A stretch of DNA of 64,000 nt from Candidatus Kapaibacterium sp. (GCA_046590205.1 JBKJTT010000018.1:1328-65327); one strand, 5' to 3'; numbered from the stretch's first letter, positions 28,072 through 36,171 are shown. Numbers and translations: made by a program. The notes: a model not told the origin generated them from the sequence alone.

Positions 28072-29802
28072 TGTTTGTTCACTCGTGATTTTTTCTTTGA
28101 GTTCTTTTATAAGCTCCTCGAACTCTGCCGTGTTACGAATTAGATCAAGGTCGGGGTCGTGGTTGATATGTTCTATATCGCGCAAGCCCTTTCCGATTGA
28201 AGCGCGAAGAGCGTTGATAGTACGTTCAGGATCGTTGCAGACTGCGAATAAACATGCAAGGTTATAGAGCGCACCTGCATCAACTCCATCATCACTAATA
28301 AGTAAACGTGCAAAATCCACTGCTTCCGACACCTTGCCTGCCATCTGGAGTACGAAGGCATACTGTACCTTTGCCGTCGTATCATCCGGGGTCAATCGTA
28401 AGTGTCTTGTAAAGACGGGTAATGCTCGATCTGCCGCCTTTGTTATACGCTCTGCATCGCCGAGTTCACTTAAAACAACCATTAGGTTAAAGTGCGCAGA
28501 GAGATTATTGCTATTGAGTACAACGTTCTGCTCGCGAGCATTGGCTGCTTCAGGCAGCATGCCAAAATGCTGGTAAGCGAAGGCAAGCGCACTATATCCG
28601 ACAGCAAGTTTAGGGTCTGCTGAAACCGCACGTTTAGCGAGTTCAAGCGCTTTATCGAGTGAACCGGTAGAGCGGGCAAGCGAACTCATGATCATAAGAT
28701 ACTCTGCAGTCTCACCTTCGATCTGGTAGATCCTATCAGCTGCGAGTTGAATCCGTTCAATGAACCTTGGCTCCTTCGCGTATGTACGGTATAACTCGAT
28801 ACATGCATGAGCGATCTCCATGTGTGCCGTAATATACAAAGGCTCGATACGGATAGCATCTTCATACAGCGTAATCGCCCGTTCGTAATCGGCTTTTGTG
28901 TGGCGCTGATAGTACTCACGTGCCTTCATATAGAGCTCATACGCTTCTATGTTATGCGTACTGCGTCTGCCGAGCTTTTCCTTTTCCTCGGTTGCAAGAT
29001 GAACCTTCAATCCCTCAGCAACCTTCTCGGCAACCTCATCCTGAATATCAAAAATATCTTTCATCTCACCGCGAAGAGAATCTTGCCAAAGATGATCGCC
29101 TGTTTCTATATCAAGAAGCGTTACTGATATTTTTATCTGGTCGCCAAACTTCCGCACCTGTCCTTCGATAAAATATCTCACTGAAAACTCGCGGGCAACG
29201 TCCGTTGTCTTCGCTCTTCGCTCCTTAAATAACTTCGATGAATTCCAATCAATAAGCCGAAGCGACTTGATGTTGCTAAGCTTACTTATCATCTCGCTTG
29301 CCAAACCATCAGCGAACCAACCGTTATCCGCAGTTGGTGATAGGTCTTCGAATGGCAGTATCATCAAGCTCTTGCGAGAGTCCGTCTCTTTAACGATCTT
29401 GATAGACGGTGCTTGCTTTGCTTCAAAGCCAAGCTTCCCCACTGCTCGGATGATGGCATCAATGTTCGTCATCGGCGTTCGTTGAATACCGGCAAGCGCG
29501 TACTGCATGCTCGGTGGTATCTCGACAGGTTCAAGATCGAGCGGAAGTATCTTCTTGCGTTTCTCGGATGCAAGTGATACTTCTTTGACGACGTTATGGG
29601 ATTGGGTGGAGTTCGGGCTTAATATGATTATGAACACACTGCAACTATCTATCCCATGAACGATCTCCTCCGACCAACTCGAAGCAGCTTGTATCCCCTG
29701 CTTATCTATCCATACAGATAGCCCCGCAGAGATAAGCAGCTCGCTAAGCTGCTCCGCCTGCTCGTGATCTTTGGAGCTATATGAAATGAAGATATCAGCC
29801 AT
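28054..29802 (-). CDS. TIR / TolB-N-like / TPR protein, paralogue 3 (soluble)
   Basis: 582-aa ORF. Its ATG start overlaps the upstream stop (ATGGCTGA). Same three-part architecture as paralogue 4. Confidence 0.8.
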   Translation of the reverse strand: MADIFISYSSKDHEQAEQLSELLISAGLSVWIDKQGIQAASSWSEEIVHGIDSCSVFIIILSPNSTQSHNVVKEVSLASEKRKKILPLDLEPVEIPPSMQYALAGIQRTPMTNIDAIIRAVGKLGFEAKQAPSIKIVKETDSRKSLMILPFEDLSPTADNGWFADGLASEMISKLSNIKSLRLIDWNSSKLFKERRAKTTDVAREFSVRYFIEGQVRKFGDQIKISVTLLDIETGDHLWQDSLRGEMKDIFDIQDEVAEKVAEGLKVHLATEEKEKLGRRSTHNIEAYELYMKAREYYQRHTKADYERAITLYEDAIRIEPLYITAHMEIAHACIELYRTYAKEPRFIERIQLAADRIYQIEGETAEYLMIMSSLARSTGSLDKALELAKRAVSADPKLAVGYSALAFAYQHFGMLPEAANAREQNVVLNSNNLSAHFNLMVVLSELGDAERITKAADRALPVFTRHLRLTPDDTTAKVQYAFVLQMAGKVSEAVDFARLLISDDGVDAGALYNLACLFAVCNDPERTINALRASIGKGLRDIEHINHDPDLDLIRNTAEFEELIKELKEKITSEQTLTTND

Positions 29803-31546
29803 TGGATGAATGTTGTTTCTCCATAACCTCGACCATTCTTTTCATATCCTCGTATTCCGGTGTTCCTGCTAACGAAGCTAGTCCATTAGAGTCTTCATTG
29901 AGAAATTCTTTTAAGAACGGGAGATTTTTATAACCTGCCTCAACAGCCTGGCGTAATATATGGAGAGCTTCTGTATGTTCTCCAAGCTTCACAAAAAGGC
30001 AGGAAGTATTATAGAGTGCTATTGCATCTCGCAAATTTTTAAGCCCTTTCGCGGCTGTTCGCGCTTCATCGCCTCGGCCACTTATTTGCAGAAGCATTGC
30101 TCGCCTTACAGCTTTGTGTTCGTCGTCGGGATGAAGTTTCAGATAGCGTTCATAATAGGTTAATGCAACGGAAGCCCAGTACTTACATTTTTCTATTTCA
30201 CCTGTGATTTCGCAGGCGTAGACAAGGCTCAAGAGACTATTGAGATCCTCGGTGTTCAAACGAACACACTCCTCAAAGGGCTCAACCATTTTAGTGAATT
30301 GGCCTGTTTGAGCATAAAAGTACCCAAGTGAATAATAACTTGCAAAATTTTGTGGCTCCTTGAGAATCCAGTCTTTTCCCATTGCTTCAGATTCTTCAAG
30401 TTTTCCCCGGTGCATCAGGATCTCTGAATGTGCCCTCAAGACACCATTAAAATTCGGATCAATTTTATAAATTTCTGCGCAGAGTAACTCCGCTTCATCC
30501 AACAGTGATTGATCGAGGGAATAACCTCCATAGAGACCAGTAAGTGAAGCAGCCTTTAGGTTAATCGCTTGCAGATATTTAGGATCGAGTGAGATTGCCT
30601 CGCTAGAAAGAACGATACTATGCTCATATCCTTCTTTTGTTTGCCGATTAAAGTATTCACGACCTTTTATAAAAAATTCATACGCCTCAGCATTCTCAGT
30701 GCCACGCTCGGCAAGCTTTATCTTTTCATCTGATGCAAGATGCACTTTCAGTCCTTCAACTACTTTCTCAGCTACCTTCTCCTGTATATCAAAGATATCT
30801 TCCATCGTACCTTTGAGAGAGTCCTGCCAGAGGTGGTCGCCGGTTTCAATGTCTAAGAGTGATGAAGTTATTTTTATCTGGTCACCGAACTTCCTTACTG
30901 AACCTTGAATGAAATATCGTATTGACATCTCCTTTGCATACATTGTGAGATGCCCTTTATAGCTCTTGTATTCTTTCGTTGTTTGCTGGTCAGTTACTTT
31001 TAAGGACTTTACATTCGAAAGTGCTGATATTAGTTCAGTCGCAAGCCCATCAGCAAACCACTGATTATCCGCAGTTGGTGATAGGTCTTCGAATGGCAGT
31101 ATCATCAGAGACTTACGTCCGTCTGTCTCTTTGACAAGCTTCATCGTTGGGGCTTGCGTTGCCTCCAAGCCAAGTTTGCCAAGCGCACGGATGATGGCAT
31201 CAATGTTCGTCATCGGTGTACGCTGAATACCGGCTAACTGATACTCAAGCTCTGGTGGTATTGTCACTGGTTCAAGATCGAGAGGGACTATCTTCTTCTG
31301 CTTTTCTGATGCAAGTGAAACTTCCTTTATAACATTATTTGATGCAACAGATGAAGAAGAGAGAAGAAGCAGGAACGCCTTGCACCCGTTAATACCATCA
31401 ACTATCTCCTTCGACCAACTTGTCGCTACACCGATACCCTGCTTATCTATCCACACAGATAACCCCGCAGAAGAAAGCAGCTCGGTAAGCTGCTCCGCCT
31501 TCTCGCGGTCTATGGATGAGTATGATATAAAAATATCTGCGTTCAC
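29795..31546 (-). CDS. TIR / TolB-N-like / TPR protein, paralogue 2 (soluble)
   Basis: 583-aa ORF. Its GTG start overlaps the upstream TAG by 1 nt (TAGTG). Same architecture. Confidence 0.8.
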   Translation of the reverse strand: MNADIFISYSSIDREKAEQLTELLSSAGLSVWIDKQGIGVATSWSKEIVDGINGCKAFLLLLSSSSVASNNVIKEVSLASEKQKKIVPLDLEPVTIPPELEYQLAGIQRTPMTNIDAIIRALGKLGLEATQAPTMKLVKETDGRKSLMILPFEDLSPTADNQWFADGLATELISALSNVKSLKVTDQQTTKEYKSYKGHLTMYAKEMSIRYFIQGSVRKFGDQIKITSSLLDIETGDHLWQDSLKGTMEDIFDIQEKVAEKVVEGLKVHLASDEKIKLAERGTENAEAYEFFIKGREYFNRQTKEGYEHSIVLSSEAISLDPKYLQAINLKAASLTGLYGGYSLDQSLLDEAELLCAEIYKIDPNFNGVLRAHSEILMHRGKLEESEAMGKDWILKEPQNFASYYSLGYFYAQTGQFTKMVEPFEECVRLNTEDLNSLLSLVYACEITGEIEKCKYWASVALTYYERYLKLHPDDEHKAVRRAMLLQISGRGDEARTAAKGLKNLRDAIALYNTSCLFVKLGEHTEALHILRQAVEAGYKNLPFLKEFLNEDSNGLASLAGTPEYEDMKRMVEVMEKQHSSNG

Positions 31547-33396
31547 TATCGTTTGTTCTTCTTAATCTCTTCGACACGAGCGAGTATCTGCTCCTTTGCA
31601 TTCGGTTGCTTTGCGAGTACTGCAAAATCAGGGTCATCTTTCAAACCACTAATATCGGTAGGAAGGATGATAATAGAGTGTGCTAGTTTATCTATCGCCT
31701 GAGCCCATTCGCCGACAAGAGCATACGCACATGCGCCATTATAGTATTCATCCTCGCCCCACTTCTCTTCATACACTAATGCTTTCTTGAGCTCTGCTAC
31801 TGCTTGATCATGTTTGTTCAATAGCGCATAGTAGTATCCCGATTGCACTCGCTGTTTGGTATCAGACTCATTCTTAGAAAGATACCTGGCAAGTAGTGGA
31901 AGATACTGCCGAATCGTTCGGTTATGGCCGGAAGTGTCCCCTAAATGATTGTACGCAATAATGAGATTACGCCATACGCTAAAATTTGAAATGTCACGCT
32001 TTGTCAAGAGTGTATTAATATCAACGACAGCCTCCCACCTTCTTCTCTCCATATAGTAATTACCGAGAGTACCATAGGAATACGGATCGTTCGGCAGAAG
32101 CCGAATAAGTTCTTTCACTTCAAACTCTGCCCGAACTGTATCTTTTCGTAATCGTGCATTATCATAAAAAGTCCTGTGAATATAATGTGCAGATGTGTCC
32201 TTCTTCTGTGCGAATAGTGCAAGAGAGTCTGCGATGGCGAGATCGCGCGTATCGTATGAGACAAACTCAAATCGTTTTTGATAATACCTTGCTAATGCTG
32301 CCAACCCACCGACATACTCCGGCTCAAGCTCTAATGCTTTATCTAAGAGTTTCTTTGCATCTTCAATGACGGCCGAATCAGTTGTCGGCTCAAGCATGGT
32401 GGCTGACTTGATCCGCAACTCAAGTACTTCCGGGTTTTTAGGAATAGGAAAACGTTGTGCATTCCTTTCCTTTTGGACAAGTGCATATTGCAGTTCAAAT
32501 CCTATCGCCTGCCCCATTCTCTCCTGCAGCGACAACACATCATCTATAGATCCGTCAAATTGTTCTGAAAAGAGAACTTTGCCTGCCTTTATATCCAAGA
32601 GTTCTGCCGTGACACGTATATTCTTTCCGCTTACCTGCACCGTCCCCCCCAAGATATAATCAACGCCAAGCTCTTGTGCAGCAGTCTTGCTATCTACCTT
32701 CTTGCCTTTATACGCCATCACCGTTTTTCTATCGGTAACAGATATACCAAAGAGCTGTGCAAGCGTATGAATGACTTCCGATGTTATACCGTCGGTTACA
32801 TTCTCATCCTGCGGGCTTCCGAGATTTTCAAACGGCAGAACAGCAAGTTTACGAGCTTGAAAACCGTAGGTTTGTTCGTTTGTTGTTTTTTTGATAAAGA
32901 AAAAGTATGAAGCAGTAACCGCACATAGTATCAAAAGCAATGCCGACAAACGAAACACAAGTGACGATCTCTTTTTCTCGGAGCGGCGGCTTATTGTCTG
33001 ACTAAACCCACTGCCTGTTATCCCAAACTTTGCAAACGCACGCTCAAGTGCTTCTTCATCCGTTATCGAGACCTGCTGCAGACCGGCAAGTGCATACTCC
33101 ATCGATTCGTTCAACTTGCACTCGGCAATGACAATAGGCACAATGGTCTTACGCTTTTCGGAGGCAAGCGATAACTCTTTTGTGACGTTATGTGATGCGA
33201 CAGAATCTGGCGAGAGAAGAATAATAAACGTCTTACACGAATTGATAGCATTGACTATCTCCGCACTCCACGTCTCAGCTGCCGTCAGTGCGGCAGTATC
33301 TATCCATACACTCGCACCCGAAGCGCGTAGCCGTTCGGCAAGCGAAAGTGCTTGCTCGGAGTCACGGCGAGAGTATGAGATGAAAATATCAGCCAT
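31546..33396 (-). CDS. TIR / TM helix / TolB-N-like / TPR protein, paralogue 1 (membrane-anchored)
   Basis: 616-aa ORF with an ATG start. It has a TIR N-terminus (ADIFISYSRRDSEQALSLAERLRASGASVWID), a hydrophobic segment (LVFRLSALLLILCAVTASYFFFI), then KLAVLPFENLGSPQDENVTDGITSEVIHTLAQ and helical repeats. Confidence 0.8.
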   Translation of the reverse strand: MADIFISYSRRDSEQALSLAERLRASGASVWIDTAALTAAETWSAEIVNAINSCKTFIILLSPDSVASHNVTKELSLASEKRKTIVPIVIAECKLNESMEYALAGLQQVSITDEEALERAFAKFGITGSGFSQTISRRSEKKRSSLVFRLSALLLILCAVTASYFFFIKKTTNEQTYGFQARKLAVLPFENLGSPQDENVTDGITSEVIHTLAQLFGISVTDRKTVMAYKGKKVDSKTAAQELGVDYILGGTVQVSGKNIRVTAELLDIKAGKVLFSEQFDGSIDDVLSLQERMGQAIGFELQYALVQKERNAQRFPIPKNPEVLELRIKSATMLEPTTDSAVIEDAKKLLDKALELEPEYVGGLAALARYYQKRFEFVSYDTRDLAIADSLALFAQKKDTSAHYIHRTFYDNARLRKDTVRAEFEVKELIRLLPNDPYSYGTLGNYYMERRRWEAVVDINTLLTKRDISNFSVWRNLIIAYNHLGDTSGHNRTIRQYLPLLARYLSKNESDTKQRVQSGYYYALLNKHDQAVAELKKALVYEEKWGEDEYYNGACAYALVGEWAQAIDKLAHSIIILPTDISGLKDDPDFAVLAKQPNAKEQILARVEEIKKNKR

Positions 33397-33421
33397 TGTG
33401 GGTATGCAAAGATACGGACTG

Positions 33422-33455
33422 GGATTAATCGGATTTAAGGATTAATGGGATTTTG
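33422..33455. repeat. Imperfect 17-bp tandem direct repeat just upstream of the TIR operon start
   Basis: GGATTAATCGGATTTAA (33422-38) is followed by GGATTAATGGGATTTTG (33439-55). It lies 26-59 nt from the ATG at 33396. Confidence 0.8.
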
Positions 33456-33722
33456 AAGTTATAGGTGCTCATCCAAATTGACCAAAATAGAGTGGAATTG
33501 AGCAAAAAGCGGGTGTGGGTAAATTGTGGATAGTGTATCGTGTTGCGGTTGAGTAAGTTATAGGAAATTTGAGGTTGTGGCGGCGTAGGCATCTTTTTTT
33601 CAACTTGAAAATTTCGTAAATTTGTACGGGAAAGTTGATACTTTGGGTCTTCTTTTGTGAACCTTGGTGTGTCCCTTGTGCCTTTGTGCTTAATTCTTCC
33701 CAAAATGTGTAAATTTATAGCA

Positions 33723-33764
33723 CCCCACGAAACCCGATACCCGAAGCCCGCAACCCGATTCCCC
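33723..33764 (-). repeat. Phased G-tract array (potential G-quadruplex) in the intergenic region
   Basis: The minus strand reads GGGGAATCGGGTTGCGGGCTTCGGGTATCGGGTTTCGTGGGG, which has six G3-4 tracts. The plus-strand CCC starts at 33733, 40, 47, 54 and 61 are exactly 7 nt apart. Confidence 0.85.
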
Positions 33765-33905
33765 GAGTGGTGCACAATTATAGTGTTGAATTATTATAGA
33801 CTTACAGGTGATAATGACCCAATCCGGTGGGGAGACGTGGCAGAAAAAAGATGATTCTTTGCCCTAAAAAATGTCAATATCATGTTAACAAATCGGCTTT
33901 GAGCC

Positions 33906-34616
33906 GTGTCTTATAGGTACGAAATAAGCTGGCGAACCGTGAAATTTGGAAAGAAAGCGCGAACAAGTGGCGCCGCCACAGATGTGACGGCACATGTCGA
34001 GCGCGTACTTTCGGGAGACGACTCCGAACTGGTCAATCAGCCAATTACCCTTGACCGGGAAACGCAGCTCTTTCACAATTTTTTGGCAGGCGATGACGCC
34101 GCCTACCGCGCCCTTTACGACGCCTTCGAGCGTCCGCTATTTGTCTATTGCTGTCGGCTTATGCCCGGCGAAGACGAAGCGAAGGATGTCTTCCAGGACA
34201 TTTGGGTAAAGATGTACAAAATGCGCGGCGAGACCACGATCGAGGTACGCAGGTTTTCGGGGCTACTCTTTACGATAGCCCGTAACTACTGCCTCAATGC
34301 CATCAGAGATAGCAAGGTCTTGAACTATACAAGTTTTGACGATGCCGGTGAGGAGAACGATGCGTTCATCCGAAGCCGAGACATCGAAACGGCAGACTTG
34401 CGCGAGTTGCTTCAAAAAGCATTAGCGCAGCTCCCGATGCAGCAGCGGGAATCGTTCGTACTTCGCGAATATGTCGGTTATAGCTACGATGAGATAGCTG
34501 ACATTATGGGGACGAATACAGCGAACGTCCGCGCCAGAGCACACCGAGCCCGAGAGCGGCTCCGTAAGGTGATCGGCGCGTGGTTAGAATTGAAAGAAAA
34601 GGAAAACAAAGCATGA
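33906..34616 (+). CDS. ECF-type RNA polymerase sigma-70 family factor
   Basis: Region 2 (DAFERPLFVYCCRLM...AKDVFQDIWVKMY) and region 4 (LPMQQRESFVLREYVGYSYDEIADIMGTNTANVRARAHRARERLR) are both present. The true start is probably downstream, at the in-frame GTG 33939 or 33984. Confidence 0.8.
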   Translation: MSYRYEISWRTVKFGKKARTSGAATDVTAHVERVLSGDDSELVNQPITLDRETQLFHNFLAGDDAAYRALYDAFERPLFVYCCRLMPGEDEAKDVFQDIWVKMYKMRGETTIEVRRFSGLLFTIARNYCLNAIRDSKVLNYTSFDDAGEENDAFIRSRDIETADLRELLQKALAQLPMQQRESFVLREYVGYSYDEIADIMGTNTANVRARAHRARERLRKVIGAWLELKEKENKA

Positions 34617-35236
34617 CACAGCACGATAAGATCAGCGCATACATTGATAACGAGCTAACTCACGAAGCCGAACAGGACTTCTTGATTTCGCTTGCCTCGA
34701 ATGACGGAGTCCGCAAGGCATTCCGCTCCGAGCTTGTGATGAAAAGCGTTATCCATCAGGATGAGCTTGCAACACTCCCCAATCGCGACTTGCGAGGTGC
34801 GATCCTTGCGACCATCGGCGTCGGGACGGCATCAGCAGTAGCCGGCGAAGCAAGTGCTTCGACCGTCGCTGTTGCAAAGCCGGCAGTTACAGGTCTCAAG
34901 GCGCTATTCGCAACAAAGCTTAATGCCCTTATCACTGCAGGTATCGTTACCGTATCAGCCGTTGGCGGATATGTCACGAATTCGGTTATTCATTCTACTG
35001 CAAATGCCCCTGTTACTGCCCCAGCAGTCCAGACGACAACTGTACCGATGAACACCCCGGCTATCACAGTAGAAACACCTGTCAGCCAACCTGCGGCAGC
35101 TATCGAAGCTCCTGCTAAGAAATCAGTAGCTCCGAGCAAAGCGCCCCTAACCAAGCAGACCACAAATACAGTAACAGGTACAACATCAATGCCTGGCTCT
35201 GTATCAATCGACCCAGTTTACAACAAGACGAGATAA
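34613..35236 (+). CDS. Anti-sigma factor (single-pass membrane protein)
   Basis: Its ATG overlaps the sigma-gene stop (ATGA). It has the ISAYIDNELTHEAEQDF anti-sigma N-terminus, one TM segment (LITAGIVTVSAVGGYV), and an A/T/P/V-rich extracytoplasmic tail. Confidence 0.6.
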   Translation: MTQHDKISAYIDNELTHEAEQDFLISLASNDGVRKAFRSELVMKSVIHQDELATLPNRDLRGAILATIGVGTASAVAGEASASTVAVAKPAVTGLKALFATKLNALITAGIVTVSAVGGYVTNSVIHSTANAPVTAPAVQTTTVPMNTPAITVETPVSQPAAAIEAPAKKSVAPSKAPLTKQTTNTVTGTTSMPGSVSIDPVYNKTR

Positions 35237-35263
35237 GTTATTTGTTATTACCTATTGTACCAA

Positions 35264-35295
35264 TCGTGGCATCAGAGTAACAACTGATGCCACGA
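35264..35295 (+). terminator. 12-bp perfect hairpin after the anti-sigma gene (no clear U-tail)
   Basis: TCGTGGCATCAG-AGTAACAA-CTGATGCCACGA. Confidence 0.5.
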
Positions 35296-35429
35296 CTGCG
35301 TAAACCTCTCCCGACTGGATAATACGACATTTTTACTCCCCTTACACAAAAAAATTATTAGTTAAAATAATTTTTTGTTGGAAACCCCAAAAAGTTTAGT
35401 AAATTCGTGTCCCCAAGTTTGACACTATT

Positions 35430-36128
35430 ATGAATTTTACAATAGAACAAGACGAACGCGGCACGATCTTCCGACCGAAAGAAACCCGGTTGGATTCGAT
35501 TGTTGCATCTGAGCTAAAGGCAGAATTCCTGATTCTTGCCCAACCCGACGTGGAAAAGCTCATTATTGACCTTTCTGATGTCGAGTATATCGATTCGGCA
35601 GGGCTATCAGCATTGCTTTTGGCACGGCGCCAGATGTCGGCTCACGAAAGTGATGTCCGCCTCGTTGGCGTCCGTCCCGAGGTCCGCTCCCTCTTATCGC
35701 TGACCCAGCTTGACCGCGTATTCGGTATTTACGAGACGACCGACGAAGCACTCAATGCGCCGCAGCTCTCTTCAATGTCCGTATCGCCTTATGGGCTGGC
35801 AACAGCCGGAGCGAACGTCCTGGCAGTCGGAACATCTACTCTTGCAGGTATTATGATGGCTGATGGCGAAGAAGACCTCATTGATGATGACGACGATCTC
35901 GAGGATATCGAAGATGATGAGGATTATGAATATGATGAAGATGACGACGAAGATGTAGTAGAAGAAGAGGAAAAGAAAAGCGATGACACCGTCGAGAAAA
36001 AAGAAGATGATGCCGAAGAAGAAGATGATGACCTCGCCTACGAAGAAGACGATGACCTCTTAGAGGAGCCCTTCGATGATGATTATGACGAAGATGAAGA
36101 CGACGAGGACGAAGCGCTCGTGGTCTAA
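35430..36128 (+). CDS. STAS-domain anti-sigma-factor antagonist with long poly-acidic C-terminal tail
   Basis: 232-aa ORF. The STAS domain carries the phosphorylatable-Ser motif (EYIDSAGLSALLL). Residues ~144-232 are mostly D/E (DDDDDLEDIEDDEDYEYDEDDDEDVVEEEE...). Confidence 0.75.
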   Translation: MNFTIEQDERGTIFRPKETRLDSIVASELKAEFLILAQPDVEKLIIDLSDVEYIDSAGLSALLLARRQMSAHESDVRLVGVRPEVRSLLSLTQLDRVFGIYETTDEALNAPQLSSMSVSPYGLATAGANVLAVGTSTLAGIMMADGEEDLIDDDDDLEDIEDDEDYEYDEDDDEDVVEEEEKKSDDTVEKKEDDAEEEDDDLAYEEDDDLLEEPFDDDYDEDEDDEDEALVV

Positions 36129-36140
36129 ACTTTTACACGA

Positions 36141-36160
36141 ATCCGCCCTTCGGGGCGGAT
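36141..36160. terminator. Bidirectional hairpin between convergent genes
   Basis: ATCCGCCC-TTCG-GGGCGGAT. Confidence 0.65.
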
Positions 36161-36171
36161 AATACGTTCGT

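Noticed and set aside
33425-33854. Track ORFs 33425-33775 (minus, 116 aa) and 33657-33854 (plus, 65 aa) in the large intergenic region upstream of the TIR operon
   Set aside because: The translations are low-complexity and motif-free, and the two ORFs overlap each other and the phased G/C-tract repeat. I treat the region as non-coding regulatory DNA.
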